DNA of 64,000 nucleotides from Longimicrobiaceae bacterium (GTDB lineage: Bacteria > Gemmatimonadota > Gemmatimonadetes > Longimicrobiales > Longimicrobiaceae): contig JBOHRN010000002.1 in assembly GCA_050732775.1 (NCBI GenBank), positions 76,731 to 140,730 on the forward strand, given 5' to 3'. This document shows positions 1 to 8,259 of the stretch, piece by piece. The translations under genes and the position numbers were made by a program. The notes beneath the pieces are model-generated. The model searched no databases, was not told the origin of the DNA, and worked only from the letters and a program-made list of their open reading frames with translations. Each line of letters opens with the position of its first letter. The stretch's first letter is position 1.

Positions 1-1469
1 TCTTCGAGGTCAGCGGCGTGCCCGGAATCGGAAACGTCCTGGACGAAAACGGCTTCGAATCAGAAGATGGGCTGGTCATCCTGCGGCGAGAAGTGGCCGC
101 TGAGGGGAGAAACCGGGCGTGGGTGAACGGCTCTCCCGCCACCGCCAGGTCAGTGGGCAAACTCGGCCGCCGGCTGGTGGACCTGCACGGCCAGCACCAA
201 CATCAAACCCTACTCCGGCGCGACGAGCAGCGCGCCATCTTGGACGCCTTCGCTGGCCACCAAGAGCTGGTACGATCGGTCCGCGAGACACACGCTGAAC
301 TGGCCAGCGTGAAAAGAGAACTCTCGGAGCTGGAACGGCGCCGGAGTGAACTGGCGGAAAAGGCAGACTTTCTCCGTTTCCAGGTTGACGAGATCGAAAG
401 ATCCGCACCCCTGCCGGGCGAGGATGAAAAGTTGGCCGGAGAGGCCCGGCGGCTCGAGCACTCCGAAGAGCTGGCCCGGCTGGCAGGTACCATCCACCAG
501 GAGTTGGGTGGGGGAGACAGTGCCCTCGCCGACCGGGCGGGAGCGTTGCGGCGAGAGGTGGAGCGGCTGGCCGCCATCGACCCGGCCGAGCAGGGGTCGC
601 TGGAGCTGCTCGACACCGCCTTCTATGCCCTCCAGGAGCTGGCCGCGCGTATGGAGGGGTACGCCGGGTCGGTCGAGCACGACCCGGGCCGACTGGAGGA
701 GATCCGTAGCCGCCGGGACCTCCTCTTCCGGCTCAAGTCCAAGTACGGTCCCGAGCTCGACGACGTGTTCGCCGCGCTGGAACGGGCTAAGGCCGAACTG
801 GAGGTGGCTGGGGGCGGGGGCGCGGAGATACAACGGTTGCGCAGCCGGGAGGCCGGGCTAGCCGGGCGGCTAGCAGACCTCGCCGGTGAGCTGTCGCAGA
901 GCCGCGGCTCGGCCCTCGAGCGGCTCGCCGGTCAGGTCAACCTGCTCCTCCCCGACCTGGGGATGCCGGGAGGCCGGTACGAAGCTGTCTTGCTACCCTT
1001 GCCAGAGACCGGCGCCCGCGGCGCCGAGGAGGTCGAGTTCCGGGTGGCGCTCAACCGCGGCTTCGAGCCGAAGCCGGTGGCCAGCGCGGCCTCGGGTGGA
1101 GAGCTAGCGCGCGTGATGCTCGCCCTCAAGACCGTACTCGCCCGCCAGGACCGGGTGCCCACCTTGATCTTCGACGAGGTCGACGCGGGCATCGGGGGGC
1201 GGGTGGCACTCAGGGTGGGAGAGACCCTGCGCCGGGTGGCGGAGGGACACCAGGTCTTCGCCGTGACTCACCTGGCCCAGATCGCGGCCAGGGCGCACCG
1301 GCACCTGCTGGTGAGCAAGGACGACTCGCGCGGCGTCGCCTCGGCCAGCGTGCGTGAACTGGGCGGCGAAGAACGGGTGGAGGAGCTCGCCCGCATGTTA
1401 GGGGGAGACGCCGGGAGCACCGTCTCCCGGGACCACGCCCGGGAGCTGCTGGCGGGGGTTACGGGTTAG
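1..1469 (+). CDS. recN: DNA repair protein RecN, C-terminal ~485 aa (5' end lies outside the window)
   Basis: Frame is open to the window edge. Long coiled-coil body, then ABC/SMC-type C-terminal motifs (SGGELARVMLALK, LIFDEVDAGIGG, VFAVTHLAQIA). Confidence 0.9.
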   Translation, partial: FEVSGVPGIGNVLDENGFESEDGLVILRREVAAEGRNRAWVNGSPATARSVGKLGRRLVDLHGQHQHQTLLRRDEQRAILDAFAGHQELVRSVRETHAELASVKRELSELERRRSELAEKADFLRFQVDEIERSAPLPGEDEKLAGEARRLEHSEELARLAGTIHQELGGGDSALADRAGALRREVERLAAIDPAEQGSLELLDTAFYALQELAARMEGYAGSVEHDPGRLEEIRSRRDLLFRLKSKYGPELDDVFAALERAKAELEVAGGGGAEIQRLRSREAGLAGRLADLAGELSQSRGSALERLAGQVNLLLPDLGMPGGRYEAVLLPLPETGARGAEEVEFRVALNRGFEPKPVASAASGGELARVMLALKTVLARQDRVPTLIFDEVDAGIGGRVALRVGETLRRVAEGHQVFAVTHLAQIAARAHRHLLVSKDDSRGVASASVRELGGEERVEELARMLGGDAGSTVSRDHARELLAGVTG

Positions 1470-2871
1470 TACTCCAGAGCCGTACGTAAACCTTCCCCAC
1501 TACCTCCACGGCCCCGCTGTCGGGTGCGCCCCCGCCCCCGGCCACGGCCCGCCGGTACCCTAGCCACGCCTCCAGCGGCCAGACACCCCCCCCTTCCAGG
1601 TAGCGCGAGAGGGTGGAGTAGCGGGCCCCGACGGTCAAGTGATGGGAACTCCGGGTACCGGTTTGGGCCGGGAAGAGGGGTTCCTGCCCCCAGCCGTAGA
1701 GGTCGGGGCCGCGACGCTGGTACCTCCACCCCGCGCCCAGCCAAATCTGTCTGGTGAGCTGGTAGCCCGGTGAGAACGCGGCTTTCCACTCCGTGCCCGG
1801 CGCCACCCGCACGACCGCTAGCTGGTAGACTGGGGGAAAGGTATCTGTGGCGGCTTGCCACGCCCCCACCCGTACCTCGCGCTCTCGGTGCCACCACCAA
1901 GCTGCCGAACCGTTCAGCAGCAAGCGGGAGAGAGCTAGCTCAGCGATTACTTCAGCACCGGCGCCGCCAAAGCTCGTCCTGGGCTCGGGGTGGAGGTAGT
2001 ACTCCGGCGATGGTGGTGGCCCCAGCGGAAATCGCAGCGTGGCTCGCACGGCGGCCCGTACTCCGAGCCCGTCCCGGTCCAGCTCGTCCAGGAGTTGGAG
2101 TTTGGTCGTGGCGCTTGCATTTGCCACCCGCCACCCCGCGGGCCCCGAGTTCACCTCCAGCGCCTCGGCGAAGCCCGCCAGCGAGACCCCCTCCACGACC
2201 ACTCCGGTAGCCAGTGAAGCCGGGAGGCGGAGCTCGGCCCCGGTGGCGTCTAATACCTGCTCCCTGAGAGCGTCTCCGGCCGGAGAACCGGCCAGCGGGA
2301 GGATCGGACTCCGGCCCAGTGCTCCGAAACCATCTCCCACCAGGGTGAGAAGGGAGTCGTTGTACACGGGGTCCGGGTTGATCCCCACCGTGCCCCCTGA
2401 AATCCCCAACTCCAGCGCCGAGAGTTCGTGCCGCGTGAAGGTGATGCTCCCGCCCGCGCTCACCCGCGGTAGGACTCCCACCTCCAAGGCGACCGGTACA
2501 ACCCGGTCGGCGGCCGAAGCGGCTACGCGGCCGGTGTCCCAAAAAAGGTTTCCGGGTCCGGCCTGGAATGGGCTCCCGGTCGTGTCGGTGGCGACGAAAA
2601 AACCGTTCAAGCCGCTCTCCAGGGTTTGGAGCGGAAGGTACGAGCTGCTGGTGAGCCGGCTTTGGAAGGGCGCGGAGAGCTGCTCGCCGTCGTCACCGCC
2701 GGAGAAAGGAGAACCAAAGCGCTGGTCGTAGGCCGAAAAGACCCCCTCCACCCGCAGCCGTACCATCCCCGGCGGCGTGACCCGAGAGTCTTCACCCTGG
2801 GCCGAGAGGAAGGAGGGGGTAAAGCCAACCACTGCCGCCGGAAGAAGAAGGAACCTAGAGAGTTTTGACAT
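1459..2871 (-). CDS. Secreted / putative outer-membrane beta-barrel protein, family not recognised
   Basis: Long ORF. The internal ATG at 2871 gives a signal-peptide-like N-terminus (MSKLSRFLLLPAAVVGFTPSFLSAQ). Gly/aromatic-rich alternating pattern. Convergent 11-bp overlap with the recN stop. Confidence 0.5.
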   Translation of the reverse strand: MSKLSRFLLLPAAVVGFTPSFLSAQGEDSRVTPPGMVRLRVEGVFSAYDQRFGSPFSGGDDGEQLSAPFQSRLTSSSYLPLQTLESGLNGFFVATDTTGSPFQAGPGNLFWDTGRVAASAADRVVPVALEVGVLPRVSAGGSITFTRHELSALELGISGGTVGINPDPVYNDSLLTLVGDGFGALGRSPILPLAGSPAGDALREQVLDATGAELRLPASLATGVVVEGVSLAGFAEALEVNSGPAGWRVANASATTKLQLLDELDRDGLGVRAAVRATLRFPLGPPPSPEYYLHPEPRTSFGGAGAEVIAELALSRLLLNGSAAWWWHREREVRVGAWQAATDTFPPVYQLAVVRVAPGTEWKAAFSPGYQLTRQIWLGAGWRYQRRGPDLYGWGQEPLFPAQTGTRSSHHLTVGARYSTLSRYLEGGGVWPLEAWLGYRRAVAGGGGAPDSGAVEVVGKVYVRLWSTNP

Positions 2872-2973
2872 GCCGGGGAGTCGTATTCGGGAAGCGCGCA
2901 CGCTAGCCATCCGTATCCGGCGTGTCAACGGGGTTGAGACATCCCCGGCTTTGGTGTAGTTTCAATGGTTCAC

Positions 2974-3044
2974 GGCGCCGTGGCCAAGTGGTAAGGCAGA
3001 GGACTGCAAATCCTTCACCCCCGGTTCGAATCCGGGCGGCGCCT
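2974..3044 (+). tRNA. tRNA-Cys (anticodon GCA)
   Basis: Acceptor GGCGCCG/CGGCGCC, anticodon loop CUGCAAA, T-loop GGTTCGAATCC; cloverleaf folded by eye. Confidence 0.9.
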
Positions 3045-3048
3045 CTTG

Positions 3049-4572
3049 CTAACGAGGCAGCTTGAGCGCGAGTCCGAGCGCCTTTTTGGCCAGCGGCGTG
3101 AGCTTGCGGCGTTTCAGGACGTCGGCCGCCTTGCGCACCGCTTCGGCTTGCGTGGGATAGGGGAAGACGGTCTTCCCCAACGACTCCAGCCCGACTCCGG
3201 CGGTCATCGCCGTGACCAGCTGGGGGATGACCTCCCCGGCGTGTTCCGCCACCAAGGTGGCGCCCAAGACCTGGTCCGACCCCTTCTTCAGGTAAACCCG
3301 CAGGAAGCCCTCCTCCTCTCCGTCTAGGCGGGCGCGGTCAATCTCGCTGAGCGGTACCGTGAGCGCGTCGCTACCCTTTTCCCCGTCTCGCCACGGCCGG
3401 ATTCCGGCGTGGGCCAACTCGGGCGAAGTATAGGTGCACCAAGGGATCACCAGGTCGCTCGCCTTGCCGCGCCCGAAGAAGAGGGCGTTGGGGACGGCGA
3501 GGCGTGCTTGGGCGTCGGCGGCGTGGGTGAACTGGAGCCGCGAAGACACATCGCCCACCGCGTACACCCGCCGGTTCGAAGTCTGCAGACGGTCGTCCGT
3601 CTTTACCCCCGTCTCGCGGCTGTACTCCACGCCGGCGTCCTCGAGACCCATCCCCTCCACGTTGGGAACCCTACCGGTGGCCACCAGGACCTCCTCCGCC
3701 TCGAGCGAGTGCTCTTCTCCCTTTACCGCCCAGCGGAGGCGGCGCAGGCCACCTTTTAGTTCCACAGCCCGCACCTCGGCGGAGAGGATGAATTCTACCC
3801 CGTCGGCCTGCAGCGACCGGCTCACCAGGCCGGCGGCTTCGGGGTCGTCGTTGTCCAAGATCCGCTCCGCGGCGTCGAACACGGTGACTCGGCTCCCGAA
3901 GCGGGCGAACGCCTGGGCCAGTTCGCACCCCACGGGCCCGGCGCCGATCACGGCGAGGCGCCGGGGTAGCGAGGTGAGCGAAAACACGTTCTCGTTGGTG
4001 AGGGGTTTCGCTTCTTCCAGTCCGGGGATGGGCGGGGTGGCGGGGCGGGCGCCGGTGGCGATCACTGCCCGGCGGAAGCGGAGCACGGCCCCCTCTACCT
4101 CGACCGTGTCGTCGCCGGTGAAGCGGGCGTCTCCCAGAAAGACGTCCGCGCCCAGCCCCCGGAAGCGGGCCGCGGAGTCGTGCTCGCTGATCTCGGCCCG
4201 GAGGCGGCGCATGCGCTCCATCACCGCGCCGAAGTCCCCGTCTCCGGACGCCTCCGGGCCGCCGAAGCGTTCGCGCGCGTGGCTCGCCTCGTGCCACGCC
4301 CGCGCCGCCCGCATCACCGCCTTGGAGGGCACGCAGCCGAAGTTGAGGCAGTCACCCCCCAGGAGCCGCCTTTCAACCAACGCCGTGCGGGCTCCGAGCG
4401 CGGCCGCGATCGCCACGCTCACCAACCCCCCCGTCCCCCCGCCCAGGACCACCAGGTCGTAACGGCCCCGGGGTTCCGGGTTCCGCCAGCCGTCGGGGTG
4501 AACGTTCCCGGCCAGCCGCTGGTTATGGACATCGAACGGTTCGAGATAAAATGAGTTATCCATCTGATTCAA
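3049..4572 (-). CDS. FAD-dependent pyridine nucleotide-disulfide oxidoreductase (class I; Lpd/MerA-like, not a true MerA)
   Basis: GGGTGG FAD motif, redox-active disulfide GGDCLNFGCVPSK, second Rossmann motif IGAGPVGCE, and a dimerisation domain. No NmerA domain and no C-terminal Cys pair. Confidence 0.85.
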   Translation of the reverse strand: MNQMDNSFYLEPFDVHNQRLAGNVHPDGWRNPEPRGRYDLVVLGGGTGGLVSVAIAAALGARTALVERRLLGGDCLNFGCVPSKAVMRAARAWHEASHARERFGGPEASGDGDFGAVMERMRRLRAEISEHDSAARFRGLGADVFLGDARFTGDDTVEVEGAVLRFRRAVIATGARPATPPIPGLEEAKPLTNENVFSLTSLPRRLAVIGAGPVGCELAQAFARFGSRVTVFDAAERILDNDDPEAAGLVSRSLQADGVEFILSAEVRAVELKGGLRRLRWAVKGEEHSLEAEEVLVATGRVPNVEGMGLEDAGVEYSRETGVKTDDRLQTSNRRVYAVGDVSSRLQFTHAADAQARLAVPNALFFGRGKASDLVIPWCTYTSPELAHAGIRPWRDGEKGSDALTVPLSEIDRARLDGEEEGFLRVYLKKGSDQVLGATLVAEHAGEVIPQLVTAMTAGVGLESLGKTVFPYPTQAEAVRKAADVLKRRKLTPLAKKALGLALKLPR

Positions 4573-5251
4573 AGGTATTTGGCGCTTCTTTGCTTAGCTC
4601 TTTCCGGGCCACGCGGGTCACCATCACGGTGACCGCCACGGTGGCCGCGAGCCCGGCGGCGAGAACCGTGTAGTACCCCCAACCCCGCTCCACCCCTCCC
4701 ACACCCGCCAGGTCGCCGGCGAGCTTGCCCGAGTACACGTACAGCACGGTGGAAGGGATCATCGCCACGTCCGCGACGAGGTAGTCGCGGAGCCGCACCC
4801 GGGTGACGCCCAGGGCGTAGTTGAGCAAGTTGTAAGGGACCACGGGGGAGAGCCGCAGCAGGAGCATGATTTTGAGCCCCTCGCGCCCCACCGCCCTGTC
4901 GATGGCGTCGAAGCGGCGGTCTTCCCGTACGCGCCTCTCCACCGGCTCGCGGGCCAGGTGGCGGGCGATCAGGAACGCCGCCGTGGAGCCGATGATCGCG
5001 CCCGCTAACACGTACGCCGCCCCCCACAGAAGTCCGAAGATGACCCCTGCCGCCAGGGTGAGCAGAACACCTGGTATGAAGGCCACCGTGGCGAGCGCGT
5101 AGCCGGTGATGAAAGCGACCGGCGCCCACGCGCCCAGTCCGTCCACCCACCCGGTGAAGCCGGTCACGTACGCCCCCGCGTAGCGGCGCGCCAGGACCAG
5201 CACCGCCGAGACCGCGGCCAGTACCACCACCCATTTGAGTATCCGCCGCAA
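4556..5251 (-). CDS. TVP38/TMEM64 (DedA-superfamily) membrane protein
   Basis: Multi-TM sequence with family-typical LRLSPVVPYNLLNYALGVT. The N-terminal ~190 aa of the track ORF is antisense junk. The TTG at 5251 is preceded by GGGAG with a 9-nt spacer; the TTG at 5278 is an alternative. The 3' end overlaps the oxidoreductase start by 17 nt. Confidence 0.7.
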   Translation of the reverse strand: MRRILKWVVVLAAVSAVLVLARRYAGAYVTGFTGWVDGLGAWAPVAFITGYALATVAFIPGVLLTLAAGVIFGLLWGAAYVLAGAIIGSTAAFLIARHLAREPVERRVREDRRFDAIDRAVGREGLKIMLLLRLSPVVPYNLLNYALGVTRVRLRDYLVADVAMIPSTVLYVYSGKLAGDLAGVGGVERGWGYYTVLAAGLAATVAVTVMVTRVARKELSKEAPNTFESDG

Positions 5252-5393
5252 AGGAGTTATCTCCCGCTTCGGGGTCAATTGCCGGCCGCCAAGGGAATGC
5301 GCGAGCCGGTTTTCGGGTTCCCGGCCGGAAAGTTGCCGGAACTCGAGCCGGTCAGAAAGACGCGCCCGCCCCTCAACCGAAACCGCACCACCA

Positions 5394-6665
5394 GTGACTA
5401 CCGATTCACGCACTTCTCGCGTCCTCACCTTCCGCAACCCCGGGGGCGGCGAACTCTCCGGCCGGCTCGACCTTCCGGCGGACGGCAAGCCGGTGGCCAA
5501 CGCCCTGTTCGCCCACTGCTTTACCTGCTCCAAGGACTTGAGCGCCGTGGTCAACGTGAGCCGTGCCCTCACCCGCGAGGGGATCTCGGTCTTCCGCTTC
5601 GACTTCACCGGGCACGGCGAGAGCCAGGGTGAGTTCTCCGACACCGATCTCTCCTCTAACGTGGAAGACCTAGTGGCCGCGGCCCGCTTCATGGCGCAAG
5701 AGCATATACCACCCGAAATACTCATCGGCCACTCCCTGGGCGGGGCCGCGGTGATACGCGCCGCCCGGCGGGTTCGCTCGAGCCGGGCGGTGGTCACCAT
5801 CGGCGCGCCCTTCGACCCCTGGCACGCCACCGAACTCTTTGCCGAATCTCATCACGAGATCCGGGCAAAGGGCGAAGCGCGGGTACAGATCGGCGGACGT
5901 CCGTTCCGGGTGCGGCGCGAGCTCCTGGAAGACTTGCGCCAGACCAAACTGGGAGACGCCCTGCACCAACTCGGCCGGGCTCTGCTCGTGCTCCACTCTC
6001 CCCTCGACGAGGTGGTGGGCATCGATAACGCCGCGCAAATCTATACCGCCGCGCAGCACCCCAAGAGCTTCATCTCCCTGGACGACGCCGACCACCTGCT
6101 CACCAATCCGGCCGACTCCGCCTACGCGGCGCGGGTGATAGCGGCGTGGGCGGCCCGCTACGTGTCGCGCTCCGAGCCGCGGGAGCTGGACGAGATCGTG
6201 GCCTCGGAGGATGTCGTGACCCGCACCGGCAAGACCAAGTACCGCACGGAGATACGCGCCGGGCGGCACGGTGCGGTGGCCGACGAACCCGAGGCCGTGG
6301 GCGGAGAAGACGCTGGCCCTACCCCTTACGACTACCTCCTCGCTGGGCTCGGCGCTTGTACCGGTATCACGCTCAGGATGTACGCCGACCGTAAAGGTTG
6401 GCCGTTGGAAGAGGTTACGGTGCGGCTCCGCCACGAAAAGGTGCACGCCCTGGACGAGCCCAAGGCGGAGGAGGGGGAGGACGCGCGCATGGACAAGGTA
6501 CAGCGGAAAGTCGTGCTGGCGGGCGACCTCGACCGGGAGCAGAGGGAGCGGCTCTTGGAGATCGCCGACAAGTGCCCCGTCCACCGGACCCTGTCCGCCG
6601 GGGTGGACATCGAGACCGAGGGAGCGGACCCGGAAGGGGTTGACGCAGTGGAGCGTAAAGGGTAG
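5394..6665 (+). CDS. Bifunctional alpha/beta hydrolase - OsmC/Ohr family protein
   Basis: GHSLGG nucleophile elbow in the N-terminal half and an OsmC-like C-terminal domain (PTPYDYLLAGLGACTGITLRMYA). The in-frame GTG at 5394 was chosen as start; this is uncertain. Confidence 0.75.
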   Translation: MTTDSRTSRVLTFRNPGGGELSGRLDLPADGKPVANALFAHCFTCSKDLSAVVNVSRALTREGISVFRFDFTGHGESQGEFSDTDLSSNVEDLVAAARFMAQEHIPPEILIGHSLGGAAVIRAARRVRSSRAVVTIGAPFDPWHATELFAESHHEIRAKGEARVQIGGRPFRVRRELLEDLRQTKLGDALHQLGRALLVLHSPLDEVVGIDNAAQIYTAAQHPKSFISLDDADHLLTNPADSAYAARVIAAWAARYVSRSEPRELDEIVASEDVVTRTGKTKYRTEIRAGRHGAVADEPEAVGGEDAGPTPYDYLLAGLGACTGITLRMYADRKGWPLEEVTVRLRHEKVHALDEPKAEEGEDARMDKVQRKVVLAGDLDREQRERLLEIADKCPVHRTLSAGVDIETEGADPEGVDAVERKG

Positions 6666-6693
6666 ATTGCGGCCCGGTTTTATAGCGGTTGCG

Positions 6694-6766
6694 GCCCCGT
6701 TCGTCTAGCGGCCCAGGACGCCGCCCTCTCACGGCGGAAACAGGGGTTCGATTCCCCTACGGGGTA
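6694..6766 (+). tRNA. tRNA-Glu (anticodon CUC)
   Basis: Close to the E. coli tRNA-Glu pattern (TCGTCTAGCGGCCCAGGAC). Anticodon stem CCGCC/GGCGG with loop CUCUCAC, T-arm GGGGTTCGATTCCCC. Confidence 0.9.
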
Positions 6767-6844
6767 CTCTCGGTTGGGACCATCAACCGGGAGCGCAAGG
6801 TACGCGCTGGTGATCGATTCCCCTACGGGGTACTCTCGGTTGGG
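6748..6844 (+). repeat. Two direct 31-bp copies of the tRNA-Glu 3' end plus trailer (6748-6778 and 6814-6844), period 66 bp
   Basis: TCGATTCCCCTACGGGGTACTCTCGGTTGGG occurs twice identically. The second copy has no upstream tRNA body: no D-arm or canonical anticodon arm could be folded. Confidence 0.85.
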
Positions 6845-6955
6845 CGTAGCCAGCCCAGCGCGCAAAGCTTTACTTTCCGGAAGATAACGGGTCAGGGCCG
6901 TGCAGGCAGCAGCCCACCTTCCGGCGCGGGTGCGGATACCCTCCGGCCCGCGATA
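6845..6955 (+). ncRNA. ffs: Candidate signal recognition particle RNA (small/4.5S type); boundaries approximate
   Basis: Hairpin 6877-6924 reads CCGGAAG-AUAAC-GGGU-CAGG-GCC-GUGCA-GGC-AGCA-GCCC-AC-CUUCCGG. It matches E. coli 4.5S domain IV (GGU-CAGG-UCC-GGAA-GGA-AGCA-GCC). The apex sits at the centre of the 111-nt spacer. The outer helix could not be folded cleanly by eye. Confidence 0.45.
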
Positions 6956-7029
6956 GGTCGATTAGCTCAGCTGGTCAGAGCGCTCGGTTCACATCCGAGA
7001 GGTCGTAGGTTCGAGTCCTACATCGACCA
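6956..7029 (+). tRNA. tRNA-Val (anticodon CAC)
   Basis: Acceptor GGTCGAT/ATCGACC, D-arm GCTCAGCTGGTCAGAGC, anticodon loop UUCACAU, T-arm GTAGGTTCGAGTCCTAC. Confidence 0.9.
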
Positions 7030-7064
7030 TCCTACAGCCCCAGCCCCCGCCGTGCGTGGGGCGC

Positions 7065-7295
7065 TTACACCGTCGAACAGAGAGTTAGCACCAGCGCGGC
7101 CGCCGCTAGCAGCCCGAATCCGGCGGTGGCGGCGTGCCCTAAACGGCTCACCAGGGGCCTGGCCAGTTCAGCCGCTCCGCGCCGGTACCCGGGTGGCTTA
7201 CCACCCGGGCTGGTAGCGCCGCAGCGGGGACACACCACCGTCCCCGGCTCCACCCCTTCCTGGCACGACCAGCACTTCTTCTCTGTCATTTTCAC
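7065..7295 (-). CDS. Small zinc-ribbon protein with a C-terminal transmembrane anchor
   Basis: CWSC...CPRC zinc-ribbon pair at the N-terminus and a hydrophobic tail (GFGLLAAAALVLTLC). Start is GTG 7295 or ATG 7289. Confidence 0.45.
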   Translation of the reverse strand: MKMTEKKCWSCQEGVEPGTVVCPRCGATSPGGKPPGYRRGAAELARPLVSRLGHAATAGFGLLAAAALVLTLCSTV

Positions 7296-7449
7296 GGCTG
7301 TAGGTAAGGGAGCTCACTGGTGCGACCAGTGCTAATATCGGCTCGAACCGGTGACACCGCCAGTGGGACCTTGTCCGGCTTACGGTGTACACTACAAAAC
7401 GGCGGGGCACGGCGCTTGCGCCCCGTACTTTCGGCACCCGGCCCAAGAG

Positions 7450-8259
7450 ATGCGCTCCTTCGCCACCACTTTCCTCACCTCTCTCGTCTTGCTCGCCTCC
7501 GCTCCGCTGTCGGCGGGCGGGGAGCGGGGGGGTGACGAGTTCTGGCTAGAGATCAACATACCGGCTCTGCGGCTCACCGTATGGCAGGGTGAGCGGTTGC
7601 TGCGGGCCTACCCGATCTCGGTGGGGCTACCCGACTTTTCCACCCCTTCGGGTAGCTTCGAGATCACGCGCGCCGAGTGGAATCCGTGGTGGCACCCGCC
7701 CACCCACCGGGAGTGGGCCCGGGAAGAAGAGGTGACGCCACCGGGGCCGAACAACCCCATGGGGCGGGTCAAGCTCTTCTTCTTGCCGCTCTACTTTATC
7801 CACGGCACTCCCGAGCACGGCAGCATCGGCACGCCCGCTTCGCACGGGTGCGTGCGCATGTTGGACGAAGACGTGATCGAGCTCGCCCGTTTGCTGCACG
7901 AGCGCGCCGACGCCACGGTGGGGCCGGGGGAGATCGACGCCATACTGGACCGCCCCGCGCTCACCCGCCACGCCCGCTTTAAGGCCCCGGTCCGGCTCCG
8001 CATCCGCTACCAGCCGGTGGTGGTCGAGGACGGCGACCTGGTTATTTACCCAGACATTTACGGCTGGGGGCGCATCCACGCCGAAGGCGTGTATCAGGCC
8101 CTGCTGGCCGCCGGTGTCGATCCAGCGGGGGTGGCCAGGAGCCGTATCCGGGCGGTGCTGGAGGCGGCTGGCGAGGCGCAGGGCGAGGTTTACCGCGTCT
8201 CTCTGGAGGAGGCGTTCGGAGCCGTACCGAGCGGCCGGGTAAGCGTGAACGAAAGATGA
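7450..8259 (+). CDS. L,D-transpeptidase (YkuD family)
   Basis: Catalytic motif HGTPEHGSIGTPASHGCVRM. Start set at MRSFATTFLTSLVLLASAPLSAG (signal peptide). Confidence 0.85.
   Translation: MRSFATTFLTSLVLLASAPLSAGGERGGDEFWLEINIPALRLTVWQGERLLRAYPISVGLPDFSTPSGSFEITRAEWNPWWHPPTHREWAREEEVTPPGPNNPMGRVKLFFLPLYFIHGTPEHGSIGTPASHGCVRMLDEDVIELARLLHERADATVGPGEIDAILDRPALTRHARFKAPVRLRIRYQPVVVEDGDLVIYPDIYGWGRIHAEGVYQALLAAGVDPAGVARSRIRAVLEAAGEAQGEVYRVSLEEAFGAVPSGRVSVNER

Noticed and set aside
3049-4572. Calling the disulfide oxidoreductase a mercuric reductase (merA)
   Set aside because: No NmerA metal-binding domain, no C-terminal Cys pair, and no merR/merT/merP nearby. Only the generic class I flavoprotein disulfide reductase core is supported.
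5252-5830. N-terminal ~190 aa of the 424-aa track ORF (TVP38 gene)
   Set aside because: This part is antisense to the hydrolase-OsmC gene and has no membrane or family features. The TVP38 homology begins near 5250, so the ORF was trimmed.
6779-6844. A second, complete tRNA gene in the region containing the duplicated tRNA-Glu 3' end
   Set aside because: No acceptor 5' strand, D-arm or T-stem pairing could be formed. The only internal stem has a loop (AAGGUAC) lacking the U33 pattern. Treated as a fragment.
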